Shown here piece by piece: positions 1 through 10,727 of a DNA stretch of 49,598 nucleotides (position 1 is the first letter of the stretch; each line of letters opens with the position of its first letter). The position numbers and the translations under genes are program-made. Source of the stretch: Dimargaris cristalligena (lineage: Eukaryota); the NCBI GenBank assembly GCA_003614675.1, contig ML002276.1, positions 1 to 49,598 on the forward strand. The letters run 5' to 3'. The notes beneath the pieces are model-generated. The model worked only from the letters and a program-made list of their open reading frames with translations. It had not been told where the DNA came from and ran no database searches.

Positions 1-793
1 CCAATGCATCTATGGAACAATAAGACCAAAAGGGATTATTTATTAGACCTCCGCCTATAGATCGGCCTGCATCTGGCAGAACACTCCAAGAGGCCTGGGC
101 GGCTGCACTTGGCAAGCCGGGCCCTATTCTGCCACCCACATTAAATGGCGCTGGTAAGTCAAGAAGCTTGTGTAACCATCCAGCCCTCTACGAGACGCCA
201 GCGGGAAACCCCGCCCAACCACCGATCAAGATATATCTGGCCGAAATGCGGACGGATTGTTTCGGAGATCATAGGCCACATGACGGGTTCTCAGGGGACT
301 TGTTTACCGAGGCCAACAATGGGGGGGGATTTGACCGACCAACACCCCCAGGGTAATTCGCGCGCATGCGGTACGGCTATCAAGTGGGGGGGCGGGGATA
401 TATCGACAGGGCCGATACAATCCAGACGGGTAAGATATGCCAAGGGAGTCTTTGCGACTTTATCAGGGAAGTATGTACGAGAGTGGGAACAGGGAAAGTG
501 GCCTGGGAAGCACTCAAAAGCCCAACCGGAAATCAAAGGCCAATAAAGGATTGTAGCGGTGAACAATAGACCACTGCCCCCATGCAGCAAAGTATCACGT
601 GGAGTAGTTCGAATGGCCAGTGGAGTGGGAATAATGTTGGCTTGGTCTTGGCCTTGGCCAACAACACTCAATGCTGCAGCACCCGGGAAGAATAGAGTAT
701 AATAGACAGACAGAGACGGGCGGGGGTATACTATGTATTACTGTATTGTTCCGCCAAGGCCTCCCCTCCCTCCGCTTTAACGAGTGGTATCAG

Positions 794-795
<2 letters not shown>

Positions 796-836
<41 letters not shown>
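796..836. repeat. (GA)n microsatellite
   Basis: About 20 perfect GA units read directly. Confidence 0.95.
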
Positions 837-839
<3 letters not shown>

Positions 840-877
840 ATGGATTTCCCAGCCAACCATGGCACCATTCGTGGTCT

Positions 878-883
878 TATAAA
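878..883 (+). promoter_or_regulatory. TATA box (TATAAA) upstream of the low-complexity protein gene
   Basis: TATAAA followed by a pyrimidine-rich leader and a 5'UTR intron donor at 1000. Confidence 0.55.
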
Positions 884-1172
884 GGCCAAGCTAGGTCCGT
901 CTGGCCCACCAAGTACAGTATCGTGTATCGTTCTCTCTTCGTTTCTTCCCGGTTCTCTTGCTTCCATTCCCCCCTCCCTTTTTCTCCACCTCTCTAACCG
1001 TAAGTCATCACTCCCTTATTCACCCCAGAAGTGTTGCAACCCAAACCGTGACTCATCCCATACTAGCCAGTCGGGCTCCTTTTCTCTTCACTTCTCATCT
1101 CCCTACTCTAACCTTAACCAGCTTCCCTGCTCTGTTTACCCCCCCTCTACTACATCTAGTCTTCTTCCCACT

Positions 1173-1910
1173 ATGTCGGCCTACAACAGCGACAACTACT
1201 CCGAGCGCGGTGCCTACGGTGCCCAGGGCAACAACAACCCCACTCCCGCCGACTCGACCGGTTACAACCCCGCCGGCTACAACCAGGGTGCCTATGTGTC
1301 CGGCACTGCCAAGCCCCCACCACCCAGCAGCCACTCGAGCCAGGGCTCCGGCTACGGCCACAACCAGGGTCAGGGCCACCACGGCCAAGGCCCTCCCCCG
1401 GGCCAGGGCCCGTATGGTCACCAAGGCCAGGGCGGTAACAACTCCTCCGGCTACGGTGGCAACAACGTCGGCTACGGTCACAACCAGTCCGGCGACCAGC
1501 CCCCTCACAAGAACGACTCTGACGACGATGACGAATCCAGCCCCTGGAAGACCGCTGGTATGGTCGCGGGTGGCCTCCTGGCCGCCGGTGCCGCTGCCTA
1601 CGCTGGTAAGAAGGCCTACGACCACTTCAAGGGTGACGATAAGCCGTATGCCCTGGGTCCCAACGAGCCCCGCATGCCCAATATGCCCCCGGCCTACGTG
1701 CAGCAGCCCGGCAGCCATACCCCCGGTGGTGGTTACGGCCAGAAGCCCATGCCCAGCCAGGGCAGCTACAACCAGGGTGGGTACCCCCAGGGCGGACACC
1801 CTCCCCAGGGCCACTACCCCCAGCAAGGCGGCGGTTTCAACCAGGGCGGTGGTCCCCCTCAGGGTGGATTCCCCCAGGGCGGCTACCGCAGTGCCGACTA
1901 CGACTCGTAG
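1173..1910 (+). CDS. Gly/Gln/Asn/Tyr/Pro-rich low-complexity (prion-like) protein with a central Gly/Ala hydrophobic segment, 245 aa
   Basis: Part of ORF 840..1910. Strong C-ending codon bias begins at ATG 1173 (MSAYNSDNY...). The sequence upstream is CT-rich and holds a likely 5'UTR intron (GTAAGT 1000, CTAAC 1108, AG at 1121 or 1159). Central segment WKTAGMVAGGLLAAGAAAYAGKKAY. Confidence 0.85.
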   Translation: MSAYNSDNYSERGAYGAQGNNNPTPADSTGYNPAGYNQGAYVSGTAKPPPPSSHSSQGSGYGHNQGQGHHGQGPPPGQGPYGHQGQGGNNSSGYGGNNVGYGHNQSGDQPPHKNDSDDDDESSPWKTAGMVAGGLLAAGAAAYAGKKAYDHFKGDDKPYALGPNEPRMPNMPPAYVQQPGSHTPGGGYGQKPMPSQGSYNQGGYPQGGHPPQGHYPQQGGGFNQGGGPPQGGFPQGGYRSADYDS

Positions 1911-2505
1911 TTTGTTCACCCTCTCCCTCCAACAACCCCTTTTAATGGCCGTGGGCTGTAGTAGTAGTACTATTACTATTACTACTACTACTCTACCCTC
2001 CACGTGCCCTGTCATTAGTACATAACCTTGGTTTACCCGTTTATCTTGACTACTGTTTGTTCACTTTCCCGGCCGGACCATCATCTGACTTCCCGGGACT
2101 ACTACTCCACGCGCGCCCCACCAGGCGTACCACAACAATAAATCCATTATTTTTTTTAGTCATGCATCATAGTCGATTGATTTATTTAGTTTAGTTTAAA
2201 AGAGGAGAGGTGTATAAAATACTGATATGTATTATTATAATTCTAGTGAGAGAATATGGTGGGATTAGCAATCAATGCAAGTGGTGAAATAACTTATAAT
2301 CTACAGTGAAAGAAAGGTTCGTGTTGCGGTTATTTCTCCAATCAAGCTCCCAGTGAACTTTAATTAATGAAAGAATGGGGGCGGGATAACCATTGGCATT
2401 GTCATCACCGTCGAGATAAGGGATTGTGGAGTGAAATGCCATGACAAGGAAGCAAAAAGTGGGCCACACTGAATAATGATAAATAATAATAATAGCACCT
2501 CATGT

Positions 2506-2832
2506 TTAGTCCAACCGCCATTCATACCGGCAGTCGTCGTTACAGCAACGATAGAACTGGGTGGTGGGTTCGTCCGCTGAGCGGATCTGAATCTGACGGA
2601 AATAAGCCATGTCGTGCTCACATTTGGGACAGCGGATCTCGGTCTTGTCGACATTTTCCCAGGCCTTTGCCCCGCCCATGACATCGTCCACCTCCTTCTG
2701 TTTGAGGACGGTACGGGCCGAAAGCTTACGGGTAATGGGAAACTGGTAGGGGCAGGAGCGGCAGACAAAGGCATGGACCTCCTGGCCCATGTCGTTGGTC
2801 AGCATATTAGAGCACTGGGGGCAGAACAGCAT
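2506..2832 (-). CDS. RPC11: RNA polymerase III subunit C11 (RPC11/RPC10/POLR3K), 108 aa, intronless
   Basis: N-terminal zinc ribbon MLFCPQCSNML...CRSCPY; KQKEVDDVMGG..AWENVD; TFIIS-like C-terminal ribbon CPKC...QIQIRSADEP.TQFYRC. Confidence 0.96.
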   Translation of the reverse strand: MLFCPQCSNMLTNDMGQEVHAFVCRSCPYQFPITRKLSARTVLKQKEVDDVMGGAKAWENVDKTEIRCPKCEHDMAYFRQIQIRSADEPTTQFYRCCNDDCRYEWRLD

Positions 2833-3226
2833 GGTGGAAGGCTAAAGGAGGTTGCTTGGGTGAGAGAGCTAACCCTAATTTATGGAAAAAACGAATAATG
2901 GACGAGAATGCAAATGGGGGGAGTGGAGCAAGGTAAAGCTAGAGTGGCCTAACCTGACTTGGCTTGGAATGTAATAGAATGAATGGGTTTTGCGAGTATT
3001 TTAAGAAAAGAGCCGGGTTCTCTCCTCTCAACGGAATGGCCCCGACTTTCTGAAAAAAAGATACCCTAACCCGCTGCTATAACCAATGCCCGAAATTAGA
3101 AGCCCCCCCCAGACTTAAGAGTGCCACCCCCTTGTCATACCTTGACTAATCAAACGAGAAGGGAGAAAATACAACAGCAGACAACCCCGTTCCCCAACAC
3201 CAACAGCAGCCCACAACTCTCCCGAA

Positions 3227-3239
3227 TTCTGGAAGGTTC
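3227..3239. promoter_or_regulatory. Heat shock element (TTCnnGAAnnTTC)
   Basis: TTCTGGAAGGTTC is three alternating nGAAn units in the divergent RPC11/BAP31 intergenic region. Confidence 0.5.
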
Positions 3240-3716
3240 TCCTCTCATCCCCCGGTATAGCCAAGCGAGCTGCTTTACCATGTGCGGCATATAATAGAGG
3301 TTACCGCTCACTCTTACTTATTCATGCTCAGCCTGTAAACCTCGGTTGCCGTCACCAAGTAAGTGAGGTGGTATGGAGTAGTATAGCTAAGCAGAGGAGA
3401 GGAGGGTCTCTGAGAAAATTGGGCGGGTTTTGGGCGGTGACCTCCCTCGATAATCGTCGTCATCTCTATAGACATGGCTTGCTTGGCGTACGCCCTCCCT
3501 CTCTAATTACTTACTTTTACTAACCCACTGCATTCATTCAAGTGCGCATTGATCGTGGCATCCCCTCGCTGGGCTGCGCAGCTCTTATTGTCCCCCCTCT
3601 TTTACCCAGCCCCCCTCCCTTCGGTGCATATACAACCAACCAGCCGACTCAGCCCTTCCATAAAACCTCTTCCCCACGCCCCCCTCCAAGCTACCTTAAG
3701 TATTTTGGTATATCCT

Positions 3717-3748
<32 letters not shown>

Positions 3749-3891
3749 CTCCTTTACTACCCACCTACTTACCTATATTACCCTGGTCTTCCATTCCCGG
3801 GCATTCCCCCCTACCCACCTTCTCATTACCTCATACACACACACACACACACACACTACCTCCTATTCCGTGGCCCATTCCAACTAGCACC

Positions 3892-5091
3892 ATGGCGCTA
3901 CACTATACCCTCATCTTCGCACTCTTGGTCTTTGAGGTAAGACCAGCCCTGTCCATTATCCCCCCTATGCTATCTCCTTCCGTTGCCCTGGTGGTTTTAT
4001 ATGTCCTGTTCTCCGTGCCCTAACTTACCCACTTATATATTTTAACTACCACTGCTGAATATCCCCCCCTCCTACGGCAACGCTTGACCCATTCAGTGCT
4101 CGGTGTTCGTCACCCTGATCGTAAGTGATAAACTCCGCCTTTAGTACTACTTATTAACCCCTGACCATCCCAATAATCCAATCAACCAGTTGGTGTGTGG
4201 ACGTCAGTATCGGGTCTACACCTATTCTCTCTGCAATCGGCTTTGTTGGGCCAATCAGTCGTCACCACCACCTCGTGATTCAGTCCCCCATGTCGCTACT
4301 ATACTACGCTACTGTCATCAACCCTCCGATTTCCCCCGCCGACCTAGTGGCCTTTTCCCACTCTCCACACCCCGATCAATCGAGATTATAAAGAAAGGGG
4401 AGAGAAATGGTACTGATTGGAATACCCATCTTTAACTGTGACTAGTCTGCATGTATATCTATTTATCAATATTCCTCCTCCCCAGCTCCCCCTGCCCCAC
4501 CGCTGGCGCCGCAACCTGCTCTATGTGGTGTCCCGCTCCAAGGCCATCGCCTTCGTGTTCTACTGGATGCGAGTCGTTTTTGCATTCGTGTTCTTGCTAT
4601 TTATCGATGCCGTGATCCGTATGCAAAAGACCCAGGAGGAGCTCCACGCAGAGCCTATAGTCAATGCCCAGATGGAGAGCCAGCTGCACGCCCGTAAATT
4701 CTACAGCCAACGCAATGTCTATTTGACCGGCTTCACCCTGTTCCTTGGCCTGATTCTCACCGGCACCTACAATTTAATCCTGGATTTGCTGCACCGCGAG
4801 GATGAGCTCGACACCGTCCGTAAGACCAACTCCGACCTCTCCAAGCAGCAGGTCGTGGGCGGCGATAAGAAGCTGAAGCAGGACCTGGAGGCAACCCGTA
4901 AGGAGCTGGACGTGGCTCGCAAGCGTGTCGCCGATTTTGAAATTCTTAAGAAGCAGGCCGAGGGCCAACACGACGAGTATATGCGCCTAGCCGACAAACA
5001 CAACGCCCTCGAAGCCCGCTCCCCCGGCCAAGTCTCGTCAATCGTTGAAGAACCGGTGGTGGTCCTCAAAGAAGTTAAAAAAGATGCCTAA
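3892..5091 (+). CDS. BAP31/BAP29 (YET) family ER membrane protein; exons 3892-3936, 4097-4120, 4486-5091; 224 aa
   Basis: Spliced N-terminus MALHYTLIFALLVFE|CSVFVTLI|LPLPHRWRR; family motifs LFIDAV and ARKFYSQRNVYLTGFTLFL; C-terminal coiled coil (LKKQAEG..EYMRL) and KKDA di-lysine ER retrieval signal; GTAAG..CAG introns keep the frame. Confidence 0.92.
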
Positions 5092-6786
5092 TTTTTTCAA
5101 CATCTATTATTATTACTTTTTTCGATGGGAGGGAATAAATGCACCCCATTTCCCATTGCGCCACACGATCTATCCCAATTATTTTGAATGTGATGATGCA
5201 TCTATAAATGATTTTGATCTGCAGTATAGTGGCGGTGGGGTTTATTATACCTGTATTTATTGGCAGCATACTATTGAGTTTACAGGGTTATTTATTATGG
5301 TTTATGAGGGGGAGATATAAACAAGGGACTGCATTGGGCCATGCAGAATGCATAGAAGTGGTATAGCCTTGCTGATTAATAGAATAATTAATTATACGCC
5401 AGACATTGTGGAGCTGTGCCATTTAAGTGATACATGAAGGAAGAGGAAGAAGGGTGGTGAGAGGGCAGATGACTGTTGCGCAACTAAAGCAAAGCTAGAG
5501 GGTTCCAGCGCATTCTATTTGGCGAAGGGAGGAACTTACAGCACCAGTGGCAACGAATAAGTGGGTGGTCAGCTGACTGAGCCATAGTGGTGGTGTGTAT
5601 CCTCCTCCTCCTTTTACCCATCATCATTGAAGAAGGAAAGAACTCCTAGGATTAGTAGAAGGGATCGTGACACCACTACATAGATAGAATCTATACTATA
5701 GCGTATACAGTGGTGAGTGAGGCAGAGGACCACACGGTTGGTGCAGCGCGCGGCCTAAGGTCTGTCACTCGCCCACCCACTACCGCCACCAGCAAATGGT
5801 AGGCTTAGAAGAGGGTTAGGCGCCAGTAGTAATATAGTAGTGGTAAGGCTTAGTTAGTCGTTGTATGCGTTTGCGTGGTGGATGTGTGTGTATGTATGTA
5901 TGCGTATCTTCCTCCCTACAACCACATACAAACCCAACAACTGCTTCCCTCTTTTCCCTCCCTTTCTTGCTAGTTGTGTGCCCTTTCTATATTATTTTCC
6001 TTTTCCTTTTCGTTTTTATTCTCCATTTGTGCGTTTTTGGGGCTTACCGCTGGTTATTTAAACCCTTCTGGTTTCTTGCTGTGAACCCGTTTGCATTCAT
6101 TTCCCTCTCGTTCGTTTCCCTCCATTTCACCCCTACTGTTCCCGTTGGCGCTGAAACCCGCTTGGCTTGTCCTTCCTTTATATTCCCTCCTTGGCAGCGC
6201 TTAGCCCCCTCGTCTCGCTCCTTCTGCTTTTATTTCCCTACCCCCGTCGACCACCGCCCAGCTACCGGTCCTTTTCCACACGCTCGTTTTCACTCTCATC
6301 CCTTTACATTCATTACTTGGTAGGTGTTATTTTTCGTTATGTTCTTATCCCTTGTTGACTCGCCCCTCTCAACTACCACTCCATTCCCGCTTCCAGATTA
6401 AGCCGAGTCCGCGAATAGTCACTTAGCAGGGTCATATTTCTCCTGGACCAACCGGTGCCTCGGTCGGCGTCGGCTGACTTGCCGTCTAAGCGAGGGGGGA
6501 GTGGACAAGGCTGTTGTATACTATAGCCTCTCTCTCTCTTTTGCTTCGTTGCTGTCTAGTACGCCCGGCCCGCTTTGGTTTCTAACCTGTCTCTTGTTCG
6601 CCTTGTGGCCCCCCTCCTCTTCCCCTCTTACCCCTGGTCCGTTCCAGTTGGAAGAAGGGCTCACTTGGCTGGAGCTTCCCCTTCCTGTCGTTTCACCACT
6701 ATGCATACCCTGGTCCCTTTACCCTGGACTCACCCGACTTACTTGCCTGATGTTTGCCTTGATTCCCTCTCCCCCTTATAGTCACC

Positions 6787-7338
6787 ATGGAAAAGGACTC
6801 CAACAACCCCGTTCCCGAATTCTGCGTCAACAACTGTGGCTTTTACGGCAATCCCGTCTACAGTAACCTGTGCTCCAAATGTTACAAGGAGAGTAACAAG
6901 GACAAGCCCACTACGCCTGCCAGCACCGCTAAGAGTACCGACACCACCCCCGTTGTTTCATCTCCACCCCCCACCAATACCAGCCCCTCCGTAGTGGCCG
7001 CCCCTTCGAGTGTCATCCCCCTTCCCACCCCGTCAGAGCTTCCACCAGCCGCCGTTCCTTCCGTCGAGCTACCCACCCCCACCAGTGCTCCCCTAGAGCG
7101 GCCGACACAGAAAAACAAGGGCCGCTGCTTTATGTGTCGCGCCAAGATTCCCTTGGCCAAACAGGCCATCAACAAGTGCAAATGCGACTACGTCTTCTGC
7201 GACACCCACCGGTACCCAGACCGCCACGACTGTGACTTTGACCACTGTCAGCGTGACCGGGCCCTGATAGCCAAGAACAACCCCCGGCTTAACGATAAGC
7301 CCACCGGGGGCCGAAGTTTTGTCCGCATCCAAGACTAA
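6787..7338 (+). CDS. A20/AN1 zinc-finger protein (ZFAND5/6- or plant SAP-like), 183 aa
   Basis: A20 finger CVNNCGFYGNPVYSNLCSKCY; AN1 finger CFMC...CKCDYVFCDTHRYPDRHDC; good start context CACCATGG. Confidence 0.93.
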   Translation: MEKDSNNPVPEFCVNNCGFYGNPVYSNLCSKCYKESNKDKPTTPASTAKSTDTTPVVSSPPPTNTSPSVVAAPSSVIPLPTPSELPPAAVPSVELPTPTSAPLERPTQKNKGRCFMCRAKIPLAKQAINKCKCDYVFCDTHRYPDRHDCDFDHCQRDRALIAKNNPRLNDKPTGGRSFVRIQD

Positions 7339-8822
7339 ATCCCTCCCTACCCCGGCTTAATCGATTCCCCAGCCCCGGTTGGACCATTCCTTTTCTTCCC
7401 CCGCTTTCTAAATATATCAACGACCTTCAACCTGGTCGAGTGGGAAAGGAGAGTGGTGTGTAGAATACAGGCTGGGGGGCGCGGGGACGGCCGGCTCATT
7501 CTCTTCATATAGGGTGGTTGGCCCCATACCTCTAGGAAGTACGCTCCTTACTTTATCCCATACCTCCCGGCTCCCGTGTCGCGCGCATCCCAATTTCATC
7601 CCACCGCCGTGCTCTGTTGTTTTTGGTTGGCCCCTTTAGGGGGGCTACTAGCCATTTTTTGTTTTAACCCATTTACCCTATGTATACTTCCCTCCCCACT
7701 CGTTATTTTATTTTTATATTCGTGATTCCTTTTATTCCCATAAACCCGCTATTATACTTATATAACTATACTGATGCTTCTAACCTATACACCTGTGGCC
7801 CTGGTTCACCGTGGGCTAGTTTTTTTTATTACTCTTTGACGGGTTAACCCCCCTCTATTCCATGGTTTTCACTACTGCCGTATTTACTCGGCCCCTTTGC
7901 TTATTTTTATCTGCGACCATCCGCGCCCCTTCCCCAGCGACCCCTTGCTAGTCTATGTAGCCTATCTATTAAAGTCCCGCCCTGTTTCTTACTTGAACTA
8001 AAGGATGGACCACCACCTGATTTCCGACTTGTCTCGATTATCTGCCTAACCCTTCTGGGCAATATGCCACTGCGATAAGCTAAATAACAATATAATTGGT
8101 GATGTTTGGTAAAGGCTTTGTGGCCTTCGTCAAGAAAGAATATGGGTGAAGTTCAGCTTGGTCGTATAAGGTTTTAACCGATATGTGTATGAGAAAATCG
8201 GTGGGATGTTTATTTTCAACCAGTAGTATTTGCCTCATCAAATGGATTTTTCGCTATACAGCCTTGTTGAACTACTCCCGTATTGATTATCATATATAGG
8301 GAATGCCCTTGTCGACGAGTTATTTAGTCGGAGCCAAGTCATCCTCATAAACGGGCTCCACTACTAAAGCCTCTACACCAATGGCACTGTATTATTACTA
8401 ATGGCATTGTAAATGCAGATAGAGCCCAGTATTGGGATAGGTTGGAGGCTATGTCTCCGGTGGACTGTCAAATACATATAAGACAGGGTATGAAAAGTCG
8501 ACCATCAGTAGCGAGGGTTAGTTAGGGCACATCCAATGGTTAGGAGAGGTCGTTTATTGAAACTTATAAACGTCTATATTCAAATAAATGAAAGTGTTTG
8601 AAGTGTATATTCGAGAGGGTAGGCCACAGAATGGCATGCCGCCCCTTTCTACACATGTAATAATGCGACCAATAAATAAAGATAGGAAGCCGCGCAAATA
8701 GACTAAAAATGGCTTTATGAAAATCCCCCCCTCCCCCCCGTTGCCTCATTAAAAAAACAAAATATGAGCTCGCCTAACCAAGACAGGCCAAGGTGAAGGC
8801 AGAAGGAGAAGACCGGCTCTGG

Positions 8823-9983
8823 TTAGTAGGAAGGGTGTTTGCCAAAGGTACGGGCCTTTTTGGGATCGAGGCCCAATTCGTTGAGAGCGGGCTTACGGAA
8901 GTGGCGGATATATGGCAGCACGGTTAGCTCAAAAGTGCGGGGCTCAATACCCAGGTCGGCCAGGGTCTTGACGTTCTTGTGCGGGCTAGGGACCTGATCA
9001 ATAAACATGCGCTCCACCTGGTCCGGGCTGAGCTGGGGGTAAATCCAGTACTGGAGGAGGCCGGTGACGGCCTTCATGATGGGCTTGGGGATATTGACGG
9101 TGTTGACCTTTTCGCGGAACACGTTGCTGCAAATATTGATGATATCCTGGTGGGTGTAGGGCTTGGCACCGTACAGCTCGTAGGTTTGGGCTTCGGAGTC
9201 GGCCTCGGTCATCATCATATCCAAGGCCAGGGCCACGTCCGCTACATCGACGGGCCGTACAATCTGCTGGTTATGGTTCACTACGGGCAGGAACTTGCGG
9301 AACACGCCGATCCGGCTCAAGATTTCGCTTTCGAAGCCGATCAGGGTACCCGGGCGCACAATCGTGGCCGTGGGGTACTCTTCCCGGACCGCACGCTCCC
9401 CCAGTGCCTTGGTGTGTAGAAATTGGGAGGTCGAGCCCTCTTGGGCGCCCAACGCCGATAGGTGCACCAGACGGGGCACCCCGGTTTCGGCACAGGCGCG
9501 GGCAATATCCCGGGCAGCGGCTACGTTCACCGCCTCGAAGTTGAAGTTCTTCGTGGGATAGTTACGGCCAATGAGGTTATAGACCGCGTCGGAGTATTTG
9601 ACGGCATCGACGATCTGATCGTAGTTACGGACGTCGTAATCCTGGAGGACGATCTGACCCAGGTCACCCATGGGTTTCAGATGGCGCTTTTCGTCTTCGT
9701 GGCAGCGGTAGGGCAGGACCACCTTGGTCCCCTTCTTGCCCAAGCGGTTCACCAGGTAGCGACCCAGGAAGCCCGTGGAGCCAAAGACGGTGACCACATG
9801 GCCACTAACGGAGGATCGACCGGTCAGACCGGCCCGGACGATGGGCTGCGAGCTCCGGGGATGCACGGCAATATCCGAGTTATAGCGCTGGGTAATAGTA
9901 TAGAGCGACGGCACACGGATGGGGCGCCGTGCCGATAGGGTGGTCGGAGAGGGTCCGACGCAGAGAGTGAGGCGTAAGGACAT
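8823..9983 (-). CDS. NDUFA9: NADH:ubiquinone oxidoreductase 39/40 kDa subunit (SDR fold), 386 aa, intronless
   Basis: GRSSVSGHVVTVFGSTGFLGRYLVNRL, HLKPMGDLGQ, NLIGRNYPTKNF. The first ATG at 9983 gives an Arg/Ser/Leu-rich mitochondrial-type presequence. Confidence 0.95.
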   Translation of the reverse strand: MSLRLTLCVGPSPTTLSARRPIRVPSLYTITQRYNSDIAVHPRSSQPIVRAGLTGRSSVSGHVVTVFGSTGFLGRYLVNRLGKKGTKVVLPYRCHEDEKRHLKPMGDLGQIVLQDYDVRNYDQIVDAVKYSDAVYNLIGRNYPTKNFNFEAVNVAAARDIARACAETGVPRLVHLSALGAQEGSTSQFLHTKALGERAVREEYPTATIVRPGTLIGFESEILSRIGVFRKFLPVVNHNQQIVRPVDVADVALALDMMMTEADSEAQTYELYGAKPYTHQDIINICSNVFREKVNTVNIPKPIMKAVTGLLQYWIYPQLSPDQVERMFIDQVPSPHKNVKTLADLGIEPRTFELTVLPYIRHFRKPALNELGLDPKKARTFGKHPSY

Positions 9984-10727
9984 GGTTGACTGGGGTATAC
10001 GCACACTGGAGGAGACCAGCGGAGGTTGTAATAAAAGAATACGTAGGGAGGAGGCAAGGAGACGGAAAAGGAAAGGAGAATATGGCTTTACAAGACGGGA
10101 ATGCAAGGCCAAAGATTAGGGTAAACGGACCGGAATGAAACAGATGCCTTCGTACAGAACAGCACCACTAGTCTAGCAACTCTAGTGCGAGCCAGGCGGT
10201 GTTGGGGCGGGCAATTGGCAGTGGGTAATGGGGGAGAATGGGGCCAGCTAGGACTGAAATCACGTGGGCAATAACTAAATGGTTCACCCTCACCGCATTC
10301 CTTTCACTAATAAATAATGGCAGGGAGAGTCGCGGGGGTGCGTAGGCTCCAGAATAGCGCTGTATGCTTAAACACAGTGCAACCGAGGGAGGTTTTGGCC
10401 TATTGCAAAAAGAAGAAAAAATCTGCCCTACGCCAGTCAAATGTCTCTGGTAGCAATGTCTAGAGTTGCAAACCGTACTGCCCTCTCTCACGGTTTCCTT
10501 TTATACATAGTTCCGGTGTAGCCATCCTTGTGCTTTTCCCCTCTTCCACTCGCCAAATACTACCCGTTGTTTTAAAACCTCAGTACCGAACTCTGTGAAC
10601 GTCTAAATCCACTTCATTCGAACTCAAATAACCCGCATTGGTCCAGTCGGCTCTAGAAATATTACGCGTATATTCCGTTAGCCTGACTTACCACCGCTGT
10701 ACGCCACTCCATTCGCTCTAATACAGC

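Noticed and set aside
145..997. Short ORFs at the window start and in other intergenic gaps (31.9-34.3 kb, 38.0-39.3 kb, 41.9-43.1 kb, 44.8-46.4 kb)
   Set aside because: No codon bias or domain similarity; many translate microsatellites or promoter sequence
958..2025. Long overlapping and antisense ORFs (958..2025 +, 1095..2015 -; likewise 13566..14423, 26305..26946, 39422..40267)
   Set aside because: Shadow frames produced by strong GC3 codon bias of the real genes; no recognisable domains
3710..3775. ATATCCTT as an AT-AC minor intron donor in the BAP31 leader
   Set aside because: Only an imperfect branch site (TCCTTTAC) follows; the motif sits at the edge of a CT microsatellite and overlaps a possible GTATAT U2 donor
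9984..10112. Upstream in-frame extensions from near-cognate starts (NDUFA9; also 15543-15662 and 26908-27015)
   Set aside because: They translate CT-rich leader sequence; the first ATG gives a sensible N-terminus in each case
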